Source: Actinomycetota bacterium (GTDB lineage: Bacteria > Actinomycetota > UBA4738 > HRBIN12). From it: 64,000 bases of DNA. Where the stretch lies: positions 50,320 to 114,319 of the forward strand of contig JBBDWR010000011.1 in the NCBI GenBank assembly GCA_040902745.1, in the 5' to 3' direction. Positions 1 to 9,961 of the stretch are shown here, piece after piece. The position numbers were made by a program, and so were the translations under genes. The notes beneath the pieces were generated by a model, which worked only from the letters and a program-made list of their open reading frames with translations, did not search any database and was not told the DNA's origin. The first letter of the stretch is position 1. Every line of letters starts with the position of its first letter.

Positions 1-2526
1 GGGAGCGATCCGAACGGCGGTGTGCTGGCGGGACGTCGTCGCGCCACCGATCAGCAGCGGCAAGCGCATCTCGCGGCGCTCCATCTCCTTGGCGACGTTG
101 ACCATCTCGTCGAGGGAAGGCGTGATCAAGCCCGACAGCCCCACCGCGTCGCAGCCCTGCTCGATCGCCGTGTCGAGGATGCGATCGGCCGGCACCATCA
201 CGCCGAGGTCGATCACCTCGTAGCTGTTACAGGCCAGCACGACACCGACGATGCTCTTGCCGATGTCGTGGACGTCGCCTTTGACCGTGGCCGTCACGAT
301 CTTGCCCTGACCGGAGGTCACCGCGAGGCCCAACGCTCGCTTCTCTTCTTCCATGAAGGGCTCGAGGTACGCGACGGCCTTCTTCATCGCGCGGGCGCTC
401 TTGACCACCTGTGGCAGGAACATCTTCCCGGAACCGAAGAGGTCGCCGACGATGCGCATCCCGTCCATCAAGGGACCCTCGATCACCTCCAGGGGACGCT
501 CGTAGGCCTGCCGTGCCTCTTCGGTGTCCTCGTCGATGTGATCGATGATGCCGTGCACGAGCGCGTGGGAAAGGCGCTCCTCGACCGTGCCCTCGCGCCA
601 CGAGTCGTCGACGACGCGCTGGGCCCCCTCGCCCTTGAACGACTCGGCGAACTCGACCATCCGCTCGGTGGCGTCTTCGCGGCGGTTGAAGATGATGTCC
701 TCGACGTGCTCGAGCAGGTCCGGCGGGATGTCTTGGTAGACCATCAACTGGCCCGCGTTCACGATCGCCATGTCGAGCCCGGCACGGATCGCGTGGTACA
801 GGAAGGCGGAGTGGATCGCCTGCCGGATCGGGTCGTTGCCCCGGAAGCTGAACGACAGGTTGGAGACGCCGCCCGAGACGTGCGAGCCGCGGCAGCGAAC
901 CTTGATCTCTCGCGTCGCTTCTATGAACGCCTTGGCGAACTCGCTGTGTTCCTCGATGCCGGTCGCGATCGCGAGGATGTTCGGATCGAAGATGATATCG
1001 GCGGGGTCGAACCCCGCGGTGTCGGTGAGCAAGGTGTAGGCGCGCTCGGAGATCTCGACCTTTCGTTGAACGGTGTCGGCCTGCCCCACCTCATCGAAGG
1101 CCATCACGACGACCGCCGCGCCGTAGCGCTTGGCGAGCCGGGCGTGTTCGAGGAACACCTCCTCGCCCTCTTTCAGACTGATGGAGTTCACGACGCCTTT
1201 GCCTTGGATGCACTTGAGGCCGGCCTCGAGGACCTCCCACTTGGAGGAGTCGACCATCACGGGAACCCGCGCGATCTCTGGCTCGGTCGCGATCAGGTTG
1301 AGGAACGTCGTCATCGCGTCGACCCCTTCGAGCAGGTCGGCGTCCATGTTCACGTCGAGCAGGTTCGCGCCGCCGCGGACCTGGTCGAGGGCGACCTCGA
1401 CCGCTCCCTGGAAATCTCCCGACTCGATCAGACGCCGGAACTTCGCGGAGCCTGTGACGTTCTGCCGCTCCCCGACCATGACGAAGCCGGTCTCTGGAGT
1501 GATCGTGAACGGCTCCAGACCGCTGAACGCCGTCATCCGCTCGCCCGGCTGCGGTACCTTGCGAGGCGAAAGGCCGCGAACGGTCTGAGCGATCGCACTG
1601 ATGTGGTCGTCGGTGGTGCCGCAGCAGCCGCCAACGATGTTCAGGAATCCCTCGCGGGCGTACTCGCCGAGCCACCGGCAGGTGATCTCGGGGACCTCGT
1701 CGTAGCCGCCGAAGGCGTTGGGCAAGCCGGCGTTCGGGTGGCAGCTCGTGAACGTGTCCGCAACCCGCGAGAGCGTCTCGACGTAGGGGCGCATCTCCTC
1801 GGCGCCGAGCGCGCAGTTGAGGCCGACGCTGAACGGCTCTGCGTGCATGATCGAGAGCCAGAACGCCTCGATCGTCTGCCCGGAAAGCGTGCGGCCGCTG
1901 CGGTCGGTGATCGTGACCGAGATCATCCGAGGGACATCCGGGGCAACATCGAGTGCGGCGATGATCGCAGCCTTCGCGTTCAGGGTGTCGAAGATCGTCT
2001 CCAATAGGAGGACGTCGACCCCACCGGCCACGAGCCCACGGATCTGCTCTTCGTACGCGGCGCGCATCTCGTCGAACGTTCGGGATCGGTAGGCGGGTTC
2101 ATTCACCCGTGGAGAGATCGACAAGGTCGCATTCGTCGGCCCGACCGAGCCCGCGACGAACCGGTCCGAACCGGCCTGCTCGCAGGCAGCACGCGCGATA
2201 CGTGCCGCGGCGACGTTGATGTCGTACACGGCGCCTTCGAGTCCGTAGTCGGCCTGCGAGATCGCGTTCGCGTTGAAGGTGTTCGTCGAGACGATGTCGG
2301 CACCGGCGGCAAGATGGCCTCGATGGATCGAGCCGATCACATCCGGGCGTGTGATGCTCAACAGGTCGTTGTTGCCCATGAGCTCGGATGGATGGTCGGC
2401 GAAGCGCTCGGTCCGGAAATCTGAGTCGGAGAGGTCGTGGCCTTGGATCGCGGTGGCCATCGCACCGTCGAGCACGAGGATGCGCTCCTTCAGGAGCGCG
2501 TCGAGGCGGTTGCGAACGCCTGCCAC
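1..2526 (-). CDS. metH: Cobalamin-dependent methionine synthase MetH; N-terminal about 840 aa, 3' end runs off the window start
   Basis: The minus-strand translation gives the Hcy-binding N-terminus ([16 protein letters not shown]), the pterin-binding region and the B12-binding domain with the GDVHDIGK motif near 230-330. An in-frame stop lies at 2617-2619. I chose the GTG at 2524-2526 as start (alternative TTG at 2596-2598). The gene is absent from the ORF track because it has no stop inside the window. Confidence 0.88.
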   Translation of the reverse strand, partial: MAGVRNRLDALLKERILVLDGAMATAIQGHDLSDSDFRTERFADHPSELMGNNDLLSITRPDVIGSIHRGHLAAGADIVSTNTFNANAISQADYGLEGAVYDINVAAARIARAACEQAGSDRFVAGSVGPTNATLSISPRVNEPAYRSRTFDEMRAAYEEQIRGLVAGGVDVLLLETIFDTLNAKAAIIAALDVAPDVPRMISVTITDRSGRTLSGQTIEAFWLSIMHAEPFSVGLNCALGAEEMRPYVETLSRVADTFTSCHPNAGLPNAFGGYDEVPEITCRWLGEYAREGFLNIVGGCCGTTDDHISAIAQTVRGLSPRKVPQPGERMTAFSGLEPFTITPETGFVMVGERQNVTGSAKFRRLIESGDFQGAVEVALDQVRGGANLLDVNMDADLLEGVDAMTTFLNLIATEPEIARVPVMVDSSKWEVLEAGLKCIQGKGVVNSISLKEGEEVFLEHARLAKRYGAAVVVMAFDEVGQADTVQRKVEISERAYTLLTDTAGFDPADIIFDPNILAIATGIEEHSEFAKAFIEATREIKVRCRGSHVSGGVSNLSFSFRGNDPIRQAIHSAFLYHAIRAGLDMAIVNAGQLMVYQDIPPDLLEHVEDIIFNRREDATERMVEFAESFKGEGAQRVVDDSWREGTVEERLSHALVHGIIDHIDEDTEEARQAYERPLEVIEGPLMDGMRIVGDLFGSGKMFLPQVVKSARAMKKAVAYLEPFMEEEKRALGLAVTSGQGKIVTATVKGDVHDIGKSIVGVVLACNSYEVIDLGVMVPADRILDTAIEQGCDAVGLSGLITPSLDEMVNVAKEMERREMRLPLLIGGATTSRQHTAVRIAP

Positions 2527-2751
2527 GATGTGCAGGCTACCCGGCGCGGACGCACGGCCGGCAGCCGGACGAGCCCCGGTCTCGGGTGCGGTCGGCAACG
2601 GGAATGATCGAGCCGCTCATTGCCAGGCATCCTAGCGGCGGGCCGCGATTTGTGACCAACGGTCAGGCAACGACGCGCGCCCGGCGGCTCGGGCACGGCC
2701 CTGCAGGCGTTTCGCACCGCGTCGGTCGCTTCCGGTAGGCTCGGCTGGGCC

Positions 2752-3249
2752 ATGAGCAAGTCTCCTGTCGACATGGTTGCGACGATCTCCAAAGCCCGGG
2801 CCGACGCGGCGGCGGGTTCGGGCGCCAAGGTGCGCAGGCGCAGCGCGGAGGCGATCGCCCGCGTTCCGCTGTTCGCGGGCTTGAGTCGCCGCCACCTGCA
2901 CCAGGTCGCGGACGCCGCCGACGAGGTGCGCTTCCGGCCGGGGGCTACCGTGGTTAAGGAGGGCGATCTCGGTCAAACCCTCTTCGTGATCATGGAGGGC
3001 CAGGTCAAGGTGACCCGAGGAGGGCGGCGGCTCTCCACGATGGGGCCGGGCGAATTCTTCGGCGAGATCGCTCTGCTCGACCGCGGACCACGCACGGCCA
3101 CCGTGGTGGCGAACACTCCACTGGTCGCGATCCGCCTGTTCCGGCGCTCCTTCCTCAAGCTCGTCGAGAGAGAGCCGAAGATCGGTGAGAAGGTCCTTGC
3201 GACGCTGGCCATGCGCCTGCGGACCGTCGAGAAGAACCTGACGGGCTAG
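2752..3249 (+). CDS. Cyclic-nucleotide-binding domain protein
   Basis: 165 aa with a cNMP-binding fold pattern (FGEIALLD...RTATVVA). Confidence 0.7.
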   Translation: MSKSPVDMVATISKARADAAAGSGAKVRRRSAEAIARVPLFAGLSRRHLHQVADAADEVRFRPGATVVKEGDLGQTLFVIMEGQVKVTRGGRRLSTMGPGEFFGEIALLDRGPRTATVVANTPLVAIRLFRRSFLKLVEREPKIGEKVLATLAMRLRTVEKNLTG

Positions 3250-3426
3250 CCTCCGGCGGCCGATCCGTCGGGCGATCAGGCCCGATCCCAGGCGTTCATG
3301 GCCGCTCGTGGAGATTTCGACGCGGTCGGTCGGGGAAGGCGTACCTGGACGTTATGGTGGGTAGGTACCCCTGCGGAACACGAATCGAAGGAGGCGCCCC
3401 GGCGGTCCCCGCGACCGCCCGGAACG

Positions 3427-5265
3427 ATGTCGAAGGCGGTCGAGCAACGAGAACGCGTGATCATCCGATTCGCCGGCGACTCCGGCGACGGGATGCAACT
3501 CACCGGAGACCGCTTCACGAACGCCACCGCGGTGCTGGGCAACGACCTCGCGACGCTGCCGGATTTCCCGGCGGAGATCCGGGCTCCCGCGGGCACGGTG
3601 CACGGAGTCTCCGCGTTCCAGATCCAGTTCGCCTCTGAGGACATCACCACGCCGGGGGATCATCCCACCGTGCTGGTGGCGATGAATCCCGCTGCGCTGA
3701 AGGCCGACCTGTCCACGATGCGTCGCGGCGGCACCGTGATCGTGAACGAGGACGCGTTCACTCAGCGCAACCTCGACAAGGCCGGGTACGACTCCGACCC
3801 ACTCAGCGACGGCACGTTGGAGGGATTCCAGCTCTACAAGGTGCCGATGACCTCGATCACGCTTCGTGCCACGGAGGAGCTGGGTATCTCCAAGAAGGAG
3901 GCCGAACGGTCGAAGAATATGTTCGCCCTCGGCCTGCTCAGCTGGATGTACGGACGTCCGGTGGAGACGACGCTGAACTGGCTCGAGAAGAAGTTCTCCG
4001 GCAAGGAACAGATCCTCGAGGCGAACGTCGCGGCGTTCAAGGCCGGGTACAACTTCGGCGAGACTACCGAGCTGTTCGCCACCAGCTACCAGGTCAAGGC
4101 CGCGCCCGCCGCGCCGGGCCTGTATCGCAACGTGGCGGGCTCCACCGCTCTGTCGTGGGGACTGGTCGCAGCGAGTCAGCGCAGTGGTGTTCCACTGTTC
4201 TACGCGAGCTATCCGATCACCCCGGCGTCCGAGCTGCTCCACGAGCTGTCGCGCCACAAGAACTTCGGTGTTGTCACGCTCCAGGCCGAGGATGAGATCG
4301 CCGCCGCCAACGTCGCGCTGGGTGCGTCGTTCGCCGGCAAGCTCGGTGTCACCGGGACCAGCGGACCGGGCATGGATCTCAAGGCCGAGACCCTCGGCCT
4401 CGCCGTGATCATGGAGTTGCCGATGGTGATCGTGGACGTGCAGCGAGCGGGGCCGTCCACAGGGATGCCCACGAAGACCGAACAGACCGACCTGTTGCTT
4501 TCGCTGTTCGGGCGCCACGGAGAGTCGCCGATGCCCGTGATCGCCGCCAAGTCGCCGTCGCATTGCTTCGATGCGGCGATCGAAGCCTCGCGGATCGCCG
4601 TCACCTACCGCACGCCGGTGATCCTGCTCTCCGACACGTTCCTCGCCAACTCCTCCGAGCCGTGGCTGATCCCGCAGGTCGAGTCGCTGCCCGAATACGC
4701 GGCCAACTACGCCACCGAGGTGAATCATCCCGACGGATTTTTGCCGTACATGCGCGATGAGCACCTCTCCCGGCCGTGGGCGATCCCGGGAACCGAAGGG
4801 CTCGAGCACCGGATCGGCGGCCTCGAACGCGAGGACGTCACCGGCAACATCAGCTACGAGCCCGAGAACCATGAGGCGATGACGCAGCTGCGCCAACGCA
4901 AGGTCGAGGCGGTCGCCGCGTCGATCCCTCCGCTGCAGGTCGACGGAGACGAGGACGCCGAGCTGCTGGTGCTCGGGTGGGGTTCCACCTGGGGCACGAT
5001 CCGAGCAGCGGTCCGTCGCGCCCGCGCCGACGGCCGCAAGGTCGCGCACGCCCACCTCATCCATCTGAACCCGTTCCCGTCGAACCTCGCCGAGGTCTTG
5101 CGCCGGTATCCGCAGGTGCTCATCCCGGAGATGAACCTCGGGCAGCTGGCCCTGCTGATCCGCGGACGATTCCTGATCGACGCCCACAGCTTCACCAAGG
5201 TGCAGGGGGTGCCGATCTTCGCGGAGGAACTCGAAGCGGAGATCGCGAGGGTGCTCGATGCCTGA
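3427..5265 (+). CDS. korA: 2-oxoglutarate:ferredoxin oxidoreductase alpha subunit (KorA, alpha/gamma fusion)
   Basis: Strong match to actinobacterial KorA (VIIRFAGDSGDGMQLTGDRFT...). The ATG at 3427 gives an N-terminus about 10 aa before the conserved block. The alternative ATG at 3298 would add 43 aa. Confidence 0.85.
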   Translation: MSKAVEQRERVIIRFAGDSGDGMQLTGDRFTNATAVLGNDLATLPDFPAEIRAPAGTVHGVSAFQIQFASEDITTPGDHPTVLVAMNPAALKADLSTMRRGGTVIVNEDAFTQRNLDKAGYDSDPLSDGTLEGFQLYKVPMTSITLRATEELGISKKEAERSKNMFALGLLSWMYGRPVETTLNWLEKKFSGKEQILEANVAAFKAGYNFGETTELFATSYQVKAAPAAPGLYRNVAGSTALSWGLVAASQRSGVPLFYASYPITPASELLHELSRHKNFGVVTLQAEDEIAAANVALGASFAGKLGVTGTSGPGMDLKAETLGLAVIMELPMVIVDVQRAGPSTGMPTKTEQTDLLLSLFGRHGESPMPVIAAKSPSHCFDAAIEASRIAVTYRTPVILLSDTFLANSSEPWLIPQVESLPEYAANYATEVNHPDGFLPYMRDEHLSRPWAIPGTEGLEHRIGGLEREDVTGNISYEPENHEAMTQLRQRKVEAVAASIPPLQVDGDEDAELLVLGWGSTWGTIRAAVRRARADGRKVAHAHLIHLNPFPSNLAEVLRRYPQVLIPEMNLGQLALLIRGRFLIDAHSFTKVQGVPIFAEELEAEIARVLDA

Positions 5266-6346
5266 CGCGAAGGGATCGGCGCAGGCTCCGGAGCGGCCCG
5301 GCGCTTCGGCCGACGGCGCCGCGGTGCCCGCTCCCGCGTCTTCGTTGACGAAGAAGGACTTCACGAGCGACCAAGAGGTCCGTTGGTGCCCCGGGTGCGG
5401 GGACTACGCGATCCTCTCGGCGGTGCAGGGCCTCATGCCCGAACTCGGTATCGAGCCCAAGGACACCGTGTTCGTCTCGGGGATCGGGTGCTCGGGGCGC
5501 TTCACCTACTACATGGACACCTACGGGATGCACGGGATCCACGGCCGCGCGCCCGCGCTGGCGACGGGGATCGCGGTCGCCAATCCCGATCTGTCGGTCT
5601 GGGTCGTCACCGGCGACGGCGACGGACTGTCGATCGGCGGCAACCACCTGATCCACGCGCTCCGGCGCAACGTGAACCTGAAGATCCTGCTGTTCAACAA
5701 CCAGATCTACGGACTCACGAAGGGTCAGTACTCCCCGACGAGCGAAGAGGGCAAGATCACCAAGTCGACCCCGTTCGGCTCCGTCGACCATCCCTTCAAT
5801 CCGATCGCGGTCGCCCTGGGCGCCGAAGCGAGCTTCGTCGCTCGCACCGTCGACAACGACCGTCAACACCTGACCGATGTGTTGCGCAAGGCCGCAGCTC
5901 ATTCCGGTACCTCGTTCATCGAGATCTATCAGAACTGCAACGTGTTCAACGACGGAGCGTTCGACCTGCTCCGCGACAAGGACAGTGGCAAGCGCAACCA
6001 GATCCGCCTGGTGCATGGGGAGCCGATCCTGTTCGACGACGGGGAGCGTGCCGTCGCCGTCGGCGACAACGGACGTCTGCAGATCGTGCAGACCGACGAG
6101 GTCGATGCCGACCGCATCATCGTCCACGACTCGTACGGTGACCCGTCCCTGGCCTTCTCCCTCGCGCACCTGTCGAAGGGACCGACGGAGCCGACGTGCA
6201 TCGGCGTGTTCCATCAGGAGGACCGCCCCGTCTACGGCGAGGCGGTGCGTGCGCAGATCGGCGCCGCCACCGAACGTCTCGGCAAGGGTGATCTCGGCAA
6301 GCTGCTTCGCGGCGGCGACACCTGGGAGGTCAAGCCGCAGTCCTAG
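5258..6346 (+). CDS. korB: 2-oxoglutarate:ferredoxin oxidoreductase beta subunit (KorB, TPP-binding)
   Basis: The WCPGCGD Fe-S/TPP motif is followed by the GDGD TPP-binding region. Its start overlaps the end of korA. Confidence 0.9.
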   Translation: MPDAKGSAQAPERPGASADGAAVPAPASSLTKKDFTSDQEVRWCPGCGDYAILSAVQGLMPELGIEPKDTVFVSGIGCSGRFTYYMDTYGMHGIHGRAPALATGIAVANPDLSVWVVTGDGDGLSIGGNHLIHALRRNVNLKILLFNNQIYGLTKGQYSPTSEEGKITKSTPFGSVDHPFNPIAVALGAEASFVARTVDNDRQHLTDVLRKAAAHSGTSFIEIYQNCNVFNDGAFDLLRDKDSGKRNQIRLVHGEPILFDDGERAVAVGDNGRLQIVQTDEVDADRIIVHDSYGDPSLAFSLAHLSKGPTEPTCIGVFHQEDRPVYGEAVRAQIGAATERLGKGDLGKLLRGGDTWEVKPQS

Positions 6347-6373
6347 GGCGCTGCCGCCGGGGACGATGAGCGA

Positions 6374-7564
6374 TCAGTCGAGCTCGGGAACCCGGAACCG
6401 CGCGAGTGCCTCGGACGAAGACGCCTCGACGCCTTGGAGTTCTTCGACGAGCGACGGCAGAAGGGCCACCAAACGGTCGATGGCCGCCTCCGTCGTGTCG
6501 AATCCGACCGAGAGCGGGAACGATGGCGTTCCCGGAACGCCGATCGCCTCGAGAACGGGGGAGGGGTCCCCGGGTGCTCCCGAGCACAGTGAACCGCCGC
6601 CGATCGCGAATCCCCGGTCGTCCAGCGCCATCATCAGTGTCTCGGGGTCCAAGCCGCCGACCGAGAAGCACGTGATGTGGGGCGTGCGCCGGGAGCGATG
6701 GCCGTGGAGGGCGGCTCGCGGCACGCGTTCAGCGATGCCGGCGCGCAGGCGGTCGCTGAGCGCCCACTGCCGGGCAGCTTCGTCTCCGAGTTCATCGCAC
6801 GCGGCTGAGAGCGCCGCCGTCATCGCGGCGACGCCGGGAAGGTTCTCCATCCCCGCCCTGCGCTTACGTTCGCGGTCGTCGCCACAGGGGTACGCGGAGA
6901 CCCCCACGCCGCGGCGGACGTAGAGCGCGCCGACCCCGGCTGGTCCGCCGAACTTGTGGCCGGACAGCGACAGCAGATCCACGCCGAGCTTGGAGACGTC
7001 GACGGGCAGGCGACCGACCGTCTGGCAGGCGTCGGTATGGAACAAGACCCTAGCCTCGCGGCACAGCCGGGCGGCTTCGGCGATCGGCTGCATCGTGCCG
7101 ACCTCGTGGTTCGCATGCTGCACCGATGCCATCAACGTGTCGGGAAGGCGAACCTGCCGGGCGAACTCGTCCAGGTCGAGTTGCGCGGTGTCGTCGACCG
7201 GCACCCGGATCACTTCGAAGCCATCGGTCTCGAGCGTGTGGCCGACGCCGTACACGGCGGGATGTTCGACGTCGCTCACCACGATCCGGTGGCCGAGCTC
7301 GCGGATCGCGCGCACCGATCCCCAGATCGCGAGCGAAACGGACTCCGTTCCTCCGGAGGTGAAGACGATCTCATCGGGCTGGGCGCCGAGACTCTGGGCG
7401 ATCGAGGCCCGCGAATCCTCCAGGATGCGGCGCGCCTCACGTCCGTAGCGATGGATCCGAAGAGGATCCCCGAACGTGTCGAGGGCTGCGACATAGGCGT
7501 CGCGCGCGGCGTCGTGCAACGGCGTCGCGGACGCGTAGTCGAGGTAGGTACCGGGGTCGCTCAT
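6374..7564 (-). CDS. Cysteine desulfurase (aminotransferase class V, NifS/IscS-like)
   Basis: The C-terminal 397 aa of the 709-aa track ORF match class V PLP enzymes (SGHKFGGP..., catalytic Cys region SLCSGAPG). The real start is the ATG at MSDPGTYLDY. The upstream 313 codons of the track ORF are a high-GC read-through artifact. Confidence 0.8.
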   Translation of the reverse strand: MSDPGTYLDYASATPLHDAARDAYVAALDTFGDPLRIHRYGREARRILEDSRASIAQSLGAQPDEIVFTSGGTESVSLAIWGSVRAIRELGHRIVVSDVEHPAVYGVGHTLETDGFEVIRVPVDDTAQLDLDEFARQVRLPDTLMASVQHANHEVGTMQPIAEAARLCREARVLFHTDACQTVGRLPVDVSKLGVDLLSLSGHKFGGPAGVGALYVRRGVGVSAYPCGDDRERKRRAGMENLPGVAAMTAALSAACDELGDEAARQWALSDRLRAGIAERVPRAALHGHRSRRTPHITCFSVGGLDPETLMMALDDRGFAIGGGSLCSGAPGDPSPVLEAIGVPGTPSFPLSVGFDTTEAAIDRLVALLPSLVEELQGVEASSSEALARFRVPELD

Positions 7565-7674
7565 GATCGTGGGGTCCGCGCCCAGGCTAGCATCGGGTCG
7601 TCGGTAAGCAGGCGTCGGACCGATCGGGGCCCCTCCCGGGACCCCGATCCCTGGTTGCTCGTGTGCGTATCCCG

Positions 7675-8364
7675 CTACGGGGTTGCGGGCTCTCTTGCTC
7701 GCAGGAACACGCCCCAGTAGACGACTCCGGCGATGATGCCACCGGCGATCGGTCCGACCCAGTACACCCACCAGTCGGTCCAGGCCCCCGAGACGAGGGC
7801 GGGGCCCAGCGAACGAGCTGGATTCATCGCCGCGCCGGTGAACGGACCGCCCATCAGGATGTCGAAGGTGAGCACCAAGCCGATCGTCAGTCCGGCCGTC
7901 TTGGAGAAGGGACCGCGGTCGTCGACAGCGGTGCCGTACACGGCGAAGACAAGGAAGAAGGTCAGCACCGCCTCGAGCAGTACGGCCTTGCCTACGCCGA
8001 ACCCGTTGAGGTCGACCACCTGAGGCGTGCCGCCCTTTGCGCCGTCGAAGATCTCGGTCGGGATGATCAGCTTGAGCAGGAACGCTCCTGCGATCGCCCC
8101 CGCCACCTCGGCCACGATGTAGATGACGGTCCGGTGGGTCTCCAGCTTGCCGGTGACCCAGAGCCCGATCGCCACGGCGGGGTTCACAGCGCCACCGGAG
8201 ATGTGCGCCAGGATCGACACCATGATCGCGAGCACGAGGCCGTGGGCAAGCGCGATACCGACGAGTCCTGCCTGGCCACCGACGATCACCGCCCCTGCGC
8301 CGATGAAGATGAGCGTAAAGGTGGCGATGAACTCCGCCACCGCCGCCTTGCCGATGCTCTCCAA
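7675..8364 (-). CDS. MIP-family channel (aquaporin / glycerol facilitator)
   Basis: Two NPA boxes (GGAVNPAVA and AAMNPARS) and six predicted TM helices. Confidence 0.9.
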   Translation of the reverse strand: MESIGKAAVAEFIATFTLIFIGAGAVIVGGQAGLVGIALAHGLVLAIMVSILAHISGGAVNPAVAIGLWVTGKLETHRTVIYIVAEVAGAIAGAFLLKLIIPTEIFDGAKGGTPQVVDLNGFGVGKAVLLEAVLTFFLVFAVYGTAVDDRGPFSKTAGLTIGLVLTFDILMGGPFTGAAMNPARSLGPALVSGAWTDWWVYWVGPIAGGIIAGVVYWGVFLRAREPATP

Positions 8365-8521
8365 GCTTCCCCTCCTTGGTCGCGACGATCACGACCGCGC
8401 GGCCGGTGTGGGCCATCCGGGGAAGGACGGATGCGAGCGCGGCGACCACATCCGGCCCGGACGATAGCGGAGCGACGCGATCGGAGCAAAGGAGTCGGGT
8501 CATTCGGGTAGGATTCCCGCC

Positions 8522-8911
8522 GTGAAGGTGCTGCTCGTTTCGCCTGACCCCAAGTCACGGCAGGTCATGGGCCTCGCCGTGCGCGGCATCGCACGCAAGA
8601 TCGGGGGCCTCCCACCGGTGCTGCTGGAGGCGACCGACGGAGAGCGCGGAATCGCGGTGGCCCGAGGCGAGCAGCCGGACGTGATCGTTGCGGACGAGAT
8701 CGCCTCCCGAGCCGGTGCGTTCGCACTCGCGCACGATCTGCGCAACGATATGGAGCCGTTCCCCGGAGTGATCGTGATCCTGTTGGACCGTCCGCAGGAT
8801 GTATGGCTCGCTAAGTGGTCGCAGGCAGACGCGTGGTTCGTGAAACCCGTCGACCCGTTCGCGTTGGCGGATCGAGTGCTGGAGTTGACCCGAGCGAAGG
8901 AGATCGCGTGA
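8522..8911 (+). CDS. Single-domain response regulator (receiver domain only)
   Basis: CheY-like receiver with an acidic pocket (VIVAD) and the conserved K (WFVKP). It has no output domain and no kinase gene nearby. Confidence 0.65.
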   Translation: MKVLLVSPDPKSRQVMGLAVRGIARKIGGLPPVLLEATDGERGIAVARGEQPDVIVADEIASRAGAFALAHDLRNDMEPFPGVIVILLDRPQDVWLAKWSQADAWFVKPVDPFALADRVLELTRAKEIA

Positions 8912-8916
8912 AGATC

Positions 8917-9189
8917 ATGGCAAGCTCCCGGCGTACGGGGCGAGAGTTCCTCGTCGACCAGGTCGTGGAGAACGGCGGCGACGACCCATGGGACGGCAAA
9001 CCGTTGCAGGCCGACTACGCGGCGACCCTCGTCGAGAGCCTCAAGGCGGCTGAAGAGGCCGGGACGCATCTGCAGGAGGCGCTGGAACGGGTGGCCGATC
9101 TCGGTCCCCACTTCGTTTTCCAGAAGGAGTCGATCCTCGGTCCGCTCCGACGGAGCATGGATCGTCTCGAAGAGGTCCGGGTCGGATGA
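8917..9189 (+). CDS. Hypothetical protein
   Basis: Runs co-directionally straight after the response regulator, with an ATG inside the 124-aa track ORF (MASSRRTGREFL...). No recognizable domain. Confidence 0.4.
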   Translation: MASSRRTGREFLVDQVVENGGDDPWDGKPLQADYAATLVESLKAAEEAGTHLQEALERVADLGPHFVFQKESILGPLRRSMDRLEEVRVG

Positions 9190-9437
9190 CTCCGCCGACG
9201 ATGACCGAACTGGCGTACGACGTGGTCGCCCACGACGAAGCGGGCACGTGGCGGGTCGCGATCGTCGACCCACGCGGCGCCGTCGTCGCCGAGCGCACGT
9301 GCCGTGATGCCGCGGACGCGCGCATCTACGCGTCGACCGTTCGTCAGCACCTGTACTGGCTGTCGCCCGAGCGCTTCCGCGAGTACTACCGCCTGACCGA
9401 TACCGGCGACGAGACGCCGCCCACCGTGGGAGGATGA
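9186..9437 (+). CDS. Hypothetical protein
   Basis: 83 aa. The ATGA start/stop overlap with the previous gene suggests translational coupling. Confidence 0.4.
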   Translation: MTPPTMTELAYDVVAHDEAGTWRVAIVDPRGAVVAERTCRDAADARIYASTVRQHLYWLSPERFREYYRLTDTGDETPPTVGG

Positions 9438-9440
9438 GTC

Positions 9441-9548
9441 GTGGGCTTCAACGCGATGCAGCCGGGCAAGACCAAGCGCGCGGACTACATCATGCTCGGC
9501 GCGGCGATCGTCGTGGTGCTCGCACTGGTGATCTGGGCGATCCGCTAG
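9441..9548 (+). CDS. Candidate 35-aa single-TM membrane peptide (VGFNAMQPGKTKRADYIMLGAAIVVVLALVIWAIR)
   Basis: A GTG start lies 7 nt after a strong SD (GGGAGGA at 9427-9433). It has a hydrophobic helix with a positive C-terminus and high GC3 codon usage, and it fills the gap between two genes. It is too short for the ORF track. Confidence 0.4.
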   Translation: MGFNAMQPGKTKRADYIMLGAAIVVVLALVIWAIR

Positions 9549-9552
9549 GTCC

Positions 9553-9912
9553 GTGGATCTGCAGGAAGCCGCGGCGCTCGACTTCTGCTACCTGACCACG
9601 ACGGGCCGCCGGACCGGTCACCCGCACACGATCGAGATCTGGTTCGGCGTGAACGAGAACCAGGACCGGCTCTTCCTGCTCGCGGGGGGAGGGGACCAAT
9701 CCGACTGGGTGCGCAACCTGATCGCGAATCCGACGGTCGCGCTGCGCCTCGGCGACCACGACATGATCACCAAAGCACATGTCGTGGCCGACCCCGAGGA
9801 GGACGCCGCCGTCCGTCAACTCCTGCTCGAGAAGTACACCCGGCCGTCGGGCGACGATCTGAGCGAGTGGGCGGCGAGTGCGTTGCCGATCGCCGTCGAG
9901 CTGCATCCCTGA
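9553..9912 (+). CDS. Deazaflavin (F420)-dependent nitroreductase-family oxidoreductase (DDN/PPOX class)
   Basis: 119 aa with the family pattern YLTTTGRRTGHPHT...ANPTVALRLGD. GTG start. Confidence 0.7.
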   Translation: MDLQEAAALDFCYLTTTGRRTGHPHTIEIWFGVNENQDRLFLLAGGGDQSDWVRNLIANPTVALRLGDHDMITKAHVVADPEEDAAVRQLLLEKYTRPSGDDLSEWAASALPIAVELHP

Positions 9913-9961
9913 GGGGTCGGTGAGTCGGCGCCGTCGAAGCCGAAAGAGACCGCGCGGAGCA

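Noticed and set aside
22-2007. 661-aa plus-strand ORF covering the first 2 kb
   Set aside because: It is antisense to metH. Its translation is low-complexity Arg/Asp/Gly/His-rich, typical of high-GC antisense frames, whereas the minus strand gives clear MetH domains.
2527-2751. Possible riboswitch in the divergent leader upstream of metH
   Set aside because: I could not recognise a SAM, SAM-IV or cobalamin riboswitch consensus by eye. This would need an Rfam covariance-model scan of 2527-2751 (minus strand).
3352-5364. 670-aa minus-strand ORF
   Set aside because: Antisense to korA with low-complexity composition. korA on the plus strand has unambiguous homology.
7565-8503. N-terminal 313 codons of the 709-aa minus ORF 6374..8503
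   Set aside because: This Gly/Arg-rich read-through overlaps the aquaporin gene on the same strand in another frame. The homology to cysteine desulfurases starts only at the internal ATG at 7564.
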